Assembly (NCBI GenBank): GCA_963769935.1
Contig: CAVYNY010000010.1
Location: forward strand, 96,001-160,000
Direction: 5' to 3'
Source of the DNA: an uncultured delta proteobacterium
GTDB taxonomy: Bacteria > Desulfobacterota > Desulfobacteria > Desulfobacterales > JAFDCJ01
Length of the DNA stretch: 64,000 nucleotides
Shown: positions 30,951 to 40,347 of the stretch, piece by piece
Position numbering within the stretch: position 1 is the first letter of the stretch
How the letters are laid out: each line of letters opens with the position of its first letter
Notes under the pieces: model-generated
Database searches by the model: none
What the model was told of the DNA's origin: nothing
What the model saw: the letters and a program-made list of their open reading frames with translations, nothing else
Program-made: the position numbers and the translations under genes

Positions 30951-32897
30951 TCAAAGATTCTCGATTTCCACCGGTTCGATATCATCCGCCGGCTGAAATC
31001 CGAATATCCGGGCGTAAAAAAAGAATTCCGCGTCCAGGGCCCGTTTGATGTTTTGAGCCATGCGGAAGCCATGCTGCTCCTTTTCGAAAGCAATATAAGC
31101 CACCGGCAGCTTTTTATCCCGCAGGATTGCCACCATCATCTCGGCCTGGGCCGGCGGGACAACCTCGTCTTCAAGGCCTTGAAAAAAAATTATGGGGCAG
31201 GCAAGCCGTGCGGCATGATGAATAGGGGAACGCGCAACATACAGATCCTTCCGGTCGGGAAAGGGACCGATCAATTTATCCAGGTAGCGCGCCTCGAATT
31301 TGTGGGTCTCCTGCGCCAGGGCTTCCAGATCACTGACGCCATAATAGCTGGCGCCGGCCTGGAAGATGTCATGAAAAACCAGGGCACACAAGGTCGTATA
31401 GCCCCCCGCACTGCTGCCTCTGATGATCAGGCGCCGGTGATCGAGGCCAAAGTTCTCAACTGCATATCGAGCGCCGTTCACACAGTCCCCGGTATCGACA
31501 ATGCCCCACTGACCGTTTAGGCGCAGCCGATATGTTCGCCCGAAGCCCGTACTGCCGCCATAGTTCACATCCAGGACCGCCAGCCCCCGGCTGGTCCAGT
31601 ATTGAATCGCGAGATTCAGGCTGGACGTCGCACAGGCGGTCGGACCGCCATGGCTGATGACGATCAGCGGTGCGCGGTCCGCAGCCGGTGCCTGGTAATG
31701 TTTGTTTCGAGGTGCATAAAAAAATGCGTGGGTGCTTTGTCCCTGAGCAGCGGGAAATTCCACCGTTTGGGCGATGGATATGAATCCGGCATCGATGTCA
31801 ACCCGACTGGAACGACGCAGGACGTCCTGCGAACGGGTGGATAGGTCCAGCCTGACAATGGACGTCGGCTGGTCGGCCGCACCGCCGGCAAAAACCGCCA
31901 GACCGCGGGCGGCGCGCAGATAGGCGATATCGGTGTACGGCGTTTCGATCAACTCGTATTCATCGGTCGCCAAATTGATATCAGCCAGCTGCCAGCTGCC
32001 TTTTTGCGTAAATGCACAAATGAGACGTTGTTCGGATTCAAAGGTGTACGTGGACATGCCGAAAAGCCACTGCGGCATTCCAAACTCGGCTTCCATCAGC
32101 AGAACCGGTTTCACCTGATTTTCCCTGCGCCGGTAAATGTTCCACCAGCCGGTACGATCAGAAACAAAATACAGGGTGCCGTCCGGCGACCATTGCGGCT
32201 GAAAGATGGATTCATCCGGCCCGCCGGCCACTTTCTCCACCTTGGTGAGCGCACCATCCTCGGCCAACCGGCCGACCCACAATTCGGTGCCGTCCCAGGG
32301 CATGTTGGGGTGATTCCATGAGAGCCAGGCGAGCTGGGATCCATCCGGGCTAAAGCTCGGAGAAGCATAAAAATCATTGCCGGAGGCAAGGATCTGCATG
32401 GATTGACTGGCCGGTTCACCACCGTTGGTCAGGACCAGGCGGACCAACTTATTTTCCGGCTCAGCCTGCAGATTGCGGTGATCCTCGCAGACGCAGATCA
32501 GGCTGCGGCGCCGGCGATCGACAATGATGTCCGCAAAGCGCAGACCGGTGCCCGATGTAATGGGTGCGGGAGCTGAATGCGGCGTTTGACAATAAATATG
32601 TTGATCGGAATAATTGGAGAAGTAGACGATGGTATGGTCCACGGCAAATGCTAAACCGCCGTATTCGTGAACCCGGGTCCGAACATTGAACCGGGCGGGT
32701 GTGATATCGGTTGCCGGTTCGTCCGGCGTGCACCGAACAAGTACGTTGCGGCCGCCTTCGGACGGCCGCATCTCCACCCAATAGATATCCCGGCCATCAA
32801 TTGCGACATCACTGAGCCGAACGGTTTCTGAAACGATAAGATCGGACGTAATCGGCGACGGCCACGATCCGTATGGGGCGATTTTAATATCCGGCAT
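30951..32897 (-). CDS. S9-family peptidase (dipeptidyl aminopeptidase/acylaminoacyl peptidase)
   Basis: APYGSWPSPIT, HGGPT, GSSAGGY, DEVV, EQHGF. Confidence 0.93.
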   Translation of the reverse strand: MPDIKIAPYGSWPSPITSDLIVSETVRLSDVAIDGRDIYWVEMRPSEGGRNVLVRCTPDEPATDITPARFNVRTRVHEYGGLAFAVDHTIVYFSNYSDQHIYCQTPHSAPAPITSGTGLRFADIIVDRRRRSLICVCEDHRNLQAEPENKLVRLVLTNGGEPASQSMQILASGNDFYASPSFSPDGSQLAWLSWNHPNMPWDGTELWVGRLAEDGALTKVEKVAGGPDESIFQPQWSPDGTLYFVSDRTGWWNIYRRRENQVKPVLLMEAEFGMPQWLFGMSTYTFESEQRLICAFTQKGSWQLADINLATDEYELIETPYTDIAYLRAARGLAVFAGGAADQPTSIVRLDLSTRSQDVLRRSSRVDIDAGFISIAQTVEFPAAQGQSTHAFFYAPRNKHYQAPAADRAPLIVISHGGPTACATSSLNLAIQYWTSRGLAVLDVNYGGSTGFGRTYRLRLNGQWGIVDTGDCVNGARYAVENFGLDHRRLIIRGSSAGGYTTLCALVFHDIFQAGASYYGVSDLEALAQETHKFEARYLDKLIGPFPDRKDLYVARSPIHHAARLACPIIFFQGLEDEVVPPAQAEMMVAILRDKKLPVAYIAFEKEQHGFRMAQNIKRALDAEFFFYARIFGFQPADDIEPVEIENL

Positions 32898-32938
32898 AGG
32901 TCCTCCCCTTCCAATGAGTTCGGTATTTGCCGTGATCC

Positions 32939-34165
32939 TTATTTCAGCATATTGATTCTACCGGCAGGTTTCAATCTTAAAGCGCCGGCGTAGCGGTCAA
33001 GCGCCGTTCGCACAGCTTCACGGTCGTTGGCGTTCGCCTTGCCTTTCACGTTCGCTTCTTCGAACAGGGCTGAAAGCACGTTGAGCTTTAAGGCTCTCCA
33101 ATCGGCTTTGAGATCGACTCGCGCCACAAGCCTGTCTCCGGCAAGCACCGGCAGACAGTAATAGCCATATTTGCGCTGGGACGCGGGTTTGAAAATCTCC
33201 AGAACCTGATCAAAGCCGAACAATTGCCGGACACGCCGGCGATCCCAGAGCACCGGGTCAAAGGGCGAAAGCAGAACCCCCTGGTCGCTGCGCGGCCGCA
33301 CGCGCTTTAGACGTGCTGCCAGCCCGAGGTCATTGGGCCGGATCCAGCCGGGACTTTTCTTTTGGTCTTCACTGGATAGGGCACATGGTACGATCTCGCC
33401 TTTTTCAACAAGGCGGTTCAGGGCGACCGCGATGCTCTTTTTTTGGTTGGTAAGCCGCCACGTTTGAGCAAGGGTGCCGGTCGAAGCCCAACCATGTCCC
33501 CTCAGTGCCTGAATGAACAGTTGCTCGATGGCTTGCGGTTCGGGCATTTTGTTTTGCCGCCAATGCTCGGGAACGACACGTTCGGTCAGGTCATAGATTC
33601 GTTGAAAATTTCGCCGCTCACGAATGGCAAGCTCGCCCGAGGACCATAGCGCGGTTGCCACCCGTTTGACCAGTTTCAAATCCCACCAGCCGCGACTTCC
33701 CTCGCCTTCCATATCGAGAGAGCGAAGGGGTCCTTCGCCCCGAATACGTTGACGCAGGCTTTCTGCGATTTTCGGGTGTTGCCCGATGAGATCCCCCCAC
33801 CAGGGATGGCGGCAAAATGCCTTGCGGCGAAATTCGAAGACCGGATAAAGCTCGATCGGAAGCCAGCTGGCTTCGTGCCCCCAGTACTCGAATAGCGGCT
33901 CCCGCGGTCGCAGCAGGCCCTCGGCCAGCTCATGATCGAAGCCTTCCAGGCGTGAAAGTAGCACGATGGCATGGCTGCGGGCGCCGGCGATCGAGACGGT
34001 GTCGAGTTGCAGGTAGCCGAAACGCCGGATAATTTTGTGGGCGGCCTGGCGGGCCCGACACGTACGACCGGTCGCGCGTTTGGGAAGACCGGTCCACTCC
34101 GGTTTGAGAAGTCCGGCCCGGGCCAGCGCCAGCCTCCGAGCTTCGGCAATTGTTATGGTTTCCAT
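32939..34165 (-). CDS. YcaQ/AlkZ-family winged-helix DNA glycosylase (crosslink repair)
   Basis: LQLDTVS (QxD), FEYWGHEAS, LLSPFDPVLWDR, RKYGYYCLPVL. Confidence 0.88.
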   Translation of the reverse strand: METITIAEARRLALARAGLLKPEWTGLPKRATGRTCRARQAAHKIIRRFGYLQLDTVSIAGARSHAIVLLSRLEGFDHELAEGLLRPREPLFEYWGHEASWLPIELYPVFEFRRKAFCRHPWWGDLIGQHPKIAESLRQRIRGEGPLRSLDMEGEGSRGWWDLKLVKRVATALWSSGELAIRERRNFQRIYDLTERVVPEHWRQNKMPEPQAIEQLFIQALRGHGWASTGTLAQTWRLTNQKKSIAVALNRLVEKGEIVPCALSSEDQKKSPGWIRPNDLGLAARLKRVRPRSDQGVLLSPFDPVLWDRRRVRQLFGFDQVLEIFKPASQRKYGYYCLPVLAGDRLVARVDLKADWRALKLNVLSALFEEANVKGKANANDREAVRTALDRYAGALRLKPAGRINMLK

Positions 34166-34364
34166 GAAAAAAAAGTAGCAGAAAAACACTGAATGATAAA
34201 GTGCTTATCGCAAATAATGCCGCGGCCAAAATAATATCCGGCTGCAACCTGGGCCCGCGGGTTCTAAAATCAATCAGCCGTGGTTCAAATTTTCGCTTGA
34301 CAGTGGGATGGTGAAATGTGCTTTATAGTCCAATATCACCTAATGGAAGGAGGAGCGGACGGCA

Positions 34365-35003
34365 ATGGTCGATTTAAAAGACAGGGTGGATTTTTACTGG
34401 GACCCGGTTTGACCCTGGTGTTGGATAACATCCAGGTGGATGATAGATGTCGGGCGACAAAAGGAGATTCAGGTAAATTGGAAATTTTTCAGCCTCAAGC
34501 TGATCAATAAAGACCGGGATGGTCGGGAAGACCATAAAATACTGCATGAAGTCGGATTAAAAGCGCTGCGGGTAGCGGCAGCAGTCCGGCGCGAATTCGG
34601 CAATGACGGCGTCGAAAAAATCTATGCCGCCATGGGCGCATGTTATCATCACGATGGAGGGGATATCGATGAGCCTTCAGCCCTGGCGGAAATCCTGCAA
34701 TCCTGCGGCTTGCCGACCCGGCTGGCGATTGCTGCCGGCAATAAAGCACTGGATGAAGACATTCAGGCCGACATGGATCAGGCTATTGCCAAGGCCGGCA
34801 CCGATGTCGGCGTACCCCAGATCGTGCTCGACGGCGGCAAAGGGCCCGGTTTTTTTGGTCCGGTCATGAGCCCGGCGCCGACCGGCGAGGAGGCTGTGAA
34901 ATTCTGGGATGCCATCATGACGGCCGGCAGTCTGCCCGGGTTTTTCGAATTAAAGCGGACACGGGAAGTCGGGCCGATTTTTGGCGAACGTCCCCAGGTT
35001 TGA
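34365..35003 (+). CDS. Probable selenoprotein, DsbA/Rv2466c-like thioredoxin-fold oxidoreductase (UPWC), 212 aa
   Basis: AAGGAGGAG RBS, then ATG at 34365: MVDLKDRVDFYWDPV-TGA(34410)-PWCWITSRW, in frame with the ORF at 34440. C-terminal DVGVP, FFGPV and GFFELKRTR motifs. Confidence 0.85.
34413..34445 (+). promoter_or_regulatory. Candidate bacterial SECIS hairpin
   Basis: CAUCC-AGGU-GGAUG stem-loop beginning 17 nt after the UGA; an alternative CCUGG..CCAGG stem is also possible. Confidence 0.55.
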
Positions 35004-35006
35004 AGA

Positions 35007-36638
35007 TTAGAAATCCTTGAAGTCATCCTCCAGTGGTATGATTTGCTCAGGATTCGTCTGGTTCGTTTTGTCGGACCTTTGATTTAGCACCGGCCGCTCA
35101 AGGTTCAGGCCTTTATGCCTGAGGTTCCCTGCGGGGCGGGATGCTGCCGGAGCGGAGCGCGTGTGCGCACCGCTTCTTGAAAAGTTATGGCCGCTTCCGC
35201 CCACCAGGGTCACCAGATCATCAACAAAGGTTTTCATCTGCTGGGCCTGGGTATTCATTTCCTCGGAAGCGGAAGCCGACTCCTCGGCATTGGCAGCATT
35301 TTGCTGGGTCAATTTGTCCATTTCGGTTACCGCATTGTTGACCTGCTCGATCCCCTGTGCCTGCTCATTGGAGGCCGCCGAAATTTCAGCCACCAGTTGG
35401 CCGACCTTGGTTGATCGTTCGGCCACCTCTTGGAAGGCCTCATTTGTTCCCGTGACCAAATCGGAGCCGTCATTGACCTTTTTGATGGTGCCTTCAATCA
35501 GGGCCGCCGTATTCTTGGCAGCATCGGCCGCCCGCATGGCAAGATTTCTGACTTCATCCGCCACGACGGCAAACCCGGCACCGGCCTCGCCGGCCCGAGC
35601 CGCCTCGACAGCTGCATTTAAAGCCAGCAAGTTGGTCTGAAAGGCAATCTCATCAATGGTTTTGATAATTTTAGACGTCTCTTCGCTGGCTTTTGAAATA
35701 TCTCCCATGGCCTCGGTCAGCTGCGCCATGGATGAATTGGCGCTAACGACGACCTGATTGGCTTCCTGCATGAGATTGTCGGCCTGACCGGAATTTTCGG
35801 CATTTTGTCGGGTCATGGAGGCCATCTCTTCCAAGGATGAGGAAGTCTCTTCCAGGGAAGCCGCCTGCTCGGATGAACCTTCAGCCAGCGATTGGCTGGC
35901 CTGAGCAACCTGCTCGGAGGCAGAGGCTACCTGCTCCGACCCTTCGGTAAGTCCCGCTATAACCGCTTTCAAAGGCCGGGTAATTCCCCGTCCAAGACCC
36001 CACATCAGAAACATTCCAGCCATAAGGCCGATTCCGGTAATTGAGAACATAGTCATCAGGGACATCCGGTAGGTGTCATCGGCCTCGGCATGCGCTTTTT
36101 CGGCATTATCGAGATTAATGTTCGTTAACTGGTCCAGATAATTGCGCATTTCTTCGAATTTTTCCCTGGCCTGGCCCAGGCTCAGATCCAGGGCCTCCCG
36201 CCGCCCTTCTCTCGTATCGGCAACCCTGCCTGCCACAACCTTTTTCGAAATGGCCTTCCAGGCTTCCCTGGCCTGATCGTATTTGGGAATCAAGACCCTT
36301 TCTTCTTGCGCAGTCGCAAGGGCCTTGTATTTGTCCCAGCGCTGCTGGGACTGCTCCAGATTTTCCTCATAGTCCTTGACCAGCTGCTTGAATTCTTCCG
36401 AGCTGGCATTGGCAAAAATCATGGAGCGTTCGGCCACCAGCAATTGCTGCAGGTCACGATCGACTTGAAGGATATAATTGATGCTGGGCAGCCGCATTGC
36501 AAAAATTTCATTTAAATTTTGCTTGATATTCGCAGTGCTCCGGTAGCCGGTAAATCCGATAATGCCCACCAACAGGATCATGATGGAAAATCCGAAGATC
36601 AGTTTAGTTCCGATGGCAAGGTTTCTGAACCATTTCAT
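35007..36638 (-). CDS. Methyl-accepting chemotaxis protein (four-helix-bundle sensor)
   Basis: Two TM helices; [35 protein letters not shown]-terminal DFKDF pentapeptide. Confidence 0.95.
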   Translation of the reverse strand: MKWFRNLAIGTKLIFGFSIMILLVGIIGFTGYRSTANIKQNLNEIFAMRLPSINYILQVDRDLQQLLVAERSMIFANASSEEFKQLVKDYEENLEQSQQRWDKYKALATAQEERVLIPKYDQAREAWKAISKKVVAGRVADTREGRREALDLSLGQAREKFEEMRNYLDQLTNINLDNAEKAHAEADDTYRMSLMTMFSITGIGLMAGMFLMWGLGRGITRPLKAVIAGLTEGSEQVASASEQVAQASQSLAEGSSEQAASLEETSSSLEEMASMTRQNAENSGQADNLMQEANQVVVSANSSMAQLTEAMGDISKASEETSKIIKTIDEIAFQTNLLALNAAVEAARAGEAGAGFAVVADEVRNLAMRAADAAKNTAALIEGTIKKVNDGSDLVTGTNEAFQEVAERSTKVGQLVAEISAASNEQAQGIEQVNNAVTEMDKLTQQNAANAEESASASEEMNTQAQQMKTFVDDLVTLVGGSGHNFSRSGAHTRSAPAASRPAGNLRHKGLNLERPVLNQRSDKTNQTNPEQIIPLEDDFKDF

Positions 36639-36715
36639 TGTTTAGCGGCCTCCTGTAGACGGTTTTTTTGCAAGTAACTGTGGCAGCCGGCGACACCCGG
36701 CTCCCACTAATGAAC

Positions 36716-37276
36716 CTATTCGATCTTGTCGACATCAATGCCGAATGTAATGGCGCCGATAACCGTATCCCCGTCTTTGACCGGGACCGACACCTGCACC
36801 AGATAGGCCTGGGTGCTGTCATCAAATTTTACCGCATCGACAAATACGGCCCCGCTGCCGCCGTTAAAGGACTTTTGGAACTTGGCTTCATCGCCCTGCC
36901 AGTAGTCGGAGGTCTTATCGGTCATGGCCACATTGGCGCCCTGGTTGTCCATGACAAATATTTCAGCATAATACTTGGCCGACTTTTGGATGCCCGCAAG
37001 GTGCTGGCCGCAATCAGAATCCATCAGGGCTTTCATGTAGTCGGCAATTCCGGCCGTGGCCATCCACTCTTTGTCCTTGGCCTTGATCTGGTCCAACGTC
37101 TTGCCCTTGGCGTTTTCTTCTTTTACCGCTTTGACGATTGCGGGATCAGTACCCACTTTGGCAAGTGTACCATTGGCAAGGTCATAAACTTTCTGGGGCG
37201 CCTTCTCGGCCAAGGCAACGCCGGCGCTCACCACCAGAAACATTCCCACAACGGTTAGTGTCAGTGCTTTTTTCAT
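36716..37276 (-). CDS. Secreted stand-alone PDC/Cache-like sensor protein
   Basis: Signal peptide ending ALA; EIFVMDNQGANVA, TSDYWQGDEAKF, VQVSVPV, IGAITFGID. Confidence 0.8.
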   Translation of the reverse strand: MKKALTLTVVGMFLVVSAGVALAEKAPQKVYDLANGTLAKVGTDPAIVKAVKEENAKGKTLDQIKAKDKEWMATAGIADYMKALMDSDCGQHLAGIQKSAKYYAEIFVMDNQGANVAMTDKTSDYWQGDEAKFQKSFNGGSGAVFVDAVKFDDSTQAYLVQVSVPVKDGDTVIGAITFGIDVDKIE

Positions 37277-37447
37277 GCTACTTATCTTCCTTTCTCACTG
37301 TTTTTATTTTCAGGCGATCTCGTTGAGAAGCGCCTATTTGCAACTGCTTATTTTGTCGGTCGAGGATCGATTCGTCATTGGTAAAGGTGCAGCAGACGAA
37401 GGATTTTTCGATATCGTCAGGCCGACTATTAAATACCTATGGTCTGC

Positions 37448-37474
37448 TTATCGTCAAAGTCTGAATTAACTTTA
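37448..37474 (-). promoter_or_regulatory. Sigma-28 (FliA) promoter
   Basis: Minus strand TAAAGTTA-N11-GACGATAA, upstream of the Cache-MCP genes. Confidence 0.7.
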
Positions 37475-37622
37475 ATTTTATCTCGACCCAAATTATATGG
37501 ATTTAGAAATCGGCAAATTGCGACCCCTCAAAGGAAATATTTACCGCTCAGGAAAATAGAGTATCCGGTTGGTAAACTTTATAATTAATTGAAAATATTA
37601 CTGATGTTAAAATGTTAATAAT

Positions 37623-37637
37623 TGGAATGATTATTGC
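37623..37637 (+). promoter_or_regulatory. Sigma-54 promoter
   Basis: TGGAAT-GATTA-TTGC, 47 bp before the SLT start. Confidence 0.6.
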
Positions 37638-37684
37638 TTGATTAATGGTTGAATTAAATTGAAAGGAAAAAAAAGGGACCAGGC

Positions 37685-38500
37685 ATGGCAACGGGAAGTC
37701 ATCTGACCGTCAGGGATTATTTCGATCAAGTGCTTTTTGGATACACCGCCAAGAAGGGGGCGATCTCCTCAGTCAAAGCCGACGCATCCGGCAAGGGGTC
37801 GTTTCACCGGATTCTGACCTCTTGCGGGAATCGGCGATTAGACCCGGGCAATCTTAAACCCACCGGATTGACGGCTGTTGATTATTTGAAAAATCCGGTA
37901 AGGGTTAAATGTCAATTCAATCATCGATTGTCATCAACCGCCCCGACAAAAAAGGAAACCAAAGCGGATTCATCGCCGGGCCTGTCTACACCTTTGCCGG
38001 CCAGGCAAACAACCGATACGAACACGGCACCGTCGGACCTGAAAAAAACTCCTCAAGCGTGCCCGGATTCTTCTGTACCGATATTCCCAAACAATCAAAC
38101 CGGTTCAAATGAAAGCCTGATAATCGAAAGCAGCATTCACAGGGCCGCCCGCAGGTATAGTTTACCACCCGGCCTGATAAAGGGCGTAATCCGGGCGGAA
38201 TCAAATTTTCAGGTCGGTGCTGTTTCCCAGGCCGGCGCCCAGGGTTTAATGCAGTTGATGCCGGCAACGGCCAAAGCGCTTGGCGTCAGAAATCCTTTTA
38301 ATATCGATGAAAATATCGATGGCGGAGCGCGTTACCTGAGGCAAATGCTGGACAGCTTTGGCGGAGATGTCAAAGTGGCTCTGGCGGCGTATAACGCCGG
38401 GCCGGGTGCGGTGGAAAAGTACGGGGGCCGGATACCTCCCTACCAGGAGACAGAGCGTTACATCAACCGTGTGCTGGAATTTTCCAAACTACTGGCCTAG
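37685..38500 (+). CDS. Lytic transglycosylase (SLT domain) with low-complexity N-terminus
   Basis: IRAESNF, GAQGLMQLMP, ALAAYNAG, ETERY. Confidence 0.9.
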   Translation: MATGSHLTVRDYFDQVLFGYTAKKGAISSVKADASGKGSFHRILTSCGNRRLDPGNLKPTGLTAVDYLKNPVRVKCQFNHRLSSTAPTKKETKADSSPGLSTPLPARQTTDTNTAPSDLKKTPQACPDSSVPIFPNNQTGSNESLIIESSIHRAARRYSLPPGLIKGVIRAESNFQVGAVSQAGAQGLMQLMPATAKALGVRNPFNIDENIDGGARYLRQMLDSFGGDVKVALAAYNAGPGAVEKYGGRIPPYQETERYINRVLEFSKLLA

Positions 38501-38894
38501 TGTATTAAGTCTTTCTGATATCGACCGAAGCAGAATCTGCAGCGAAGAAAAAAAGCGCTTGAATCAGCGAATCCAAGCCCCCATACCCACTACACTGTCT
38601 ACGATCGTAGAGTTCGACGTTCCCAATTCCACTAATCTCCGTTCTCTGAAATCGACATTCGGTGGTCTGTTTGGTCATCGAGGACATTTATCATGTTACT
38701 TAAAATTTATCTCTAACTAAAAAACAAAAGACCTGGAATGGATGACGTTGCATCCGGGAAAAAATATGCTGGTTGCTATTTCTAAGGTTGGACGCCGGGG
38801 ATTTTTTTTGCTAAAAAGAAAACGATATTCTTCGCTGGCTTATAGGACACTGCGGATTGTATCCGCAATTTTAAAACAACTACTTACGATACCT

Positions 38895-39425
38895 ATGACA
38901 AAAATCGTTGATCTTCAAACCTATCGCACGATAGCAATTGAAAAGCGAGGATTTGGTCCCTGGCAAAAGCGTTTCGCCGAAGCCTTTGATTCGAAAACCC
39001 GCGTGGCGGATCTTTCAGATCAAACCCTATACTTTCTCGCACAACCCGGAGAGACCAGCTCCGTAGCGTATTATGAAGTGATCATGGGGATTCTGAATCT
39101 CGGTCCTGCCGCTAAATTTCACTATCTCGGCAACAGGGATCAAATGCTGGTGGTCGACCTGCATCTTTTTTTGGCAGACCAGATGCGGTTTGAAATGATG
39201 CGCCGCCTGGGATGGATTAGGGACTTTGAAGGGCTGAAATACAGTATTCTGGAACTCGTTCAAAAATTTGATAGTGCCAAGGACGCCTGCCGCATAAATC
39301 CACCGGTACTCTCAACATTGAACCCTGATTTTGCCGAGTATTCCCGGCTGACTTTCGGCGATAAAGAAGTGTTCATCCGCCGAATGCTGAGCCAAGCACT
39401 GGATGCCTTTAAAAAAAGGCTGTAA
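38895..39425 (+). CDS. Hypothetical protein
   Basis: Long globular-looking ORF; likely start MTKIVDL at 38895. Confidence 0.7.
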   Translation: MTKIVDLQTYRTIAIEKRGFGPWQKRFAEAFDSKTRVADLSDQTLYFLAQPGETSSVAYYEVIMGILNLGPAAKFHYLGNRDQMLVVDLHLFLADQMRFEMMRRLGWIRDFEGLKYSILELVQKFDSAKDACRINPPVLSTLNPDFAEYSRLTFGDKEVFIRRMLSQALDAFKKRL

Positions 39426-39761
39426 GTCCACAGCCCTTTATCAACAGGAAGATGTCGTCATTGGCAATCAGGGAAGGTTGATAAGCGGAAAAAACGTATT
39501 ACAGGCCATCTGCATTCTTTGAGAGCAATCCCCATTGCGGCCGGTTGCCATGCGGTTTGAGGGTTAACTCCTCAGGGCATTTTTCAGAATCCTCGATAAT
39601 CCATTCACATTTGGAAGGATTCGTACGTCAGGTTGCCAGTCGGATTCATCAGTTAAAGCAACCCGCCGCTTTGGGGATTTTTATTTCTGAAGGTCTCAGA
39701 TAGATCCGGAAGAATTCATCAATCAGTTTGAATGAACCTGCCGCATTCCATCTTCCAGCAA

Positions 39762-39971
39762 TTACTCGGCCGGGATATAGGGAATTGCTTTACCCCACCA
39801 TCCCTGAGCTTCAGATTCATCCAGGTCTTGTTTCGTGGTATTCTTGTATCCATACCAGCTATAAAACATATGATCATTGGTCTTATAGATGGTGTCGTGG
39901 GCATACCACTCTGCCGAACAACCCGCTAGAAAAACAACAACGATGAGCAAAAATAGGATTTTTTTCATCAC
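39762..39971 (-). CDS. Small lipoprotein
   Basis: AGGAGG RBS; MMKKILFLLIVVVFLAGC lipobox. Confidence 0.8.
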   Translation of the reverse strand: MMKKILFLLIVVVFLAGCSAEWYAHDTIYKTNDHMFYSWYGYKNTTKQDLDESEAQGWWGKAIPYIPAE

Positions 39972-40184
39972 CGAACCTCCTTTCTAAAGGTAAACAGCAT
40001 CGAATCTGACCCTCCGACTGTTTTAACCTGCGCCATATTATAAACACCTTCAATAAAAAGTCCACAAAAAAAAAATAAATGCATCAAATTTTCTGTATTT
40101 ACCATGTGCCCGCCTTCCAATCAATGAAATACCGAATTAACTATCTGAAAATATTTAAGTTACTTTCAGAATGATCGAAATTAT

Positions 40185-40212
40185 TAAAGTTTCGGCGTCA
40201 AAAACCCGATAA
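40185..40212 (+). promoter_or_regulatory. Possible sigma-28 promoter
   Basis: TAAAGTTT-N12-CCCGATAA; spacer is one base longer than consensus. Confidence 0.4.
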
Positions 40213-40347
40213 TTACAACGTTGCCTCACATGGCGAAAATTCCCGGAAACCTGCGTGAAAATAGGTTCAAGTACCTTTAACTATCTAAAATAATAGCGAA
40301 TCGTTTATAAATATCAGCGCTTCGCCAAACTTTGAGAATTACTAAAA

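Noticed and set aside
34316..34510. 64-aa ORF as the gene in this region
   Set aside because: Out of frame, no motifs; the RBS-ATG(34365)-TGA read-through frame explains the region.
38505..38687. 60-aa minus-strand ORF
   Set aside because: No clear RBS or motif; cannot be supported.
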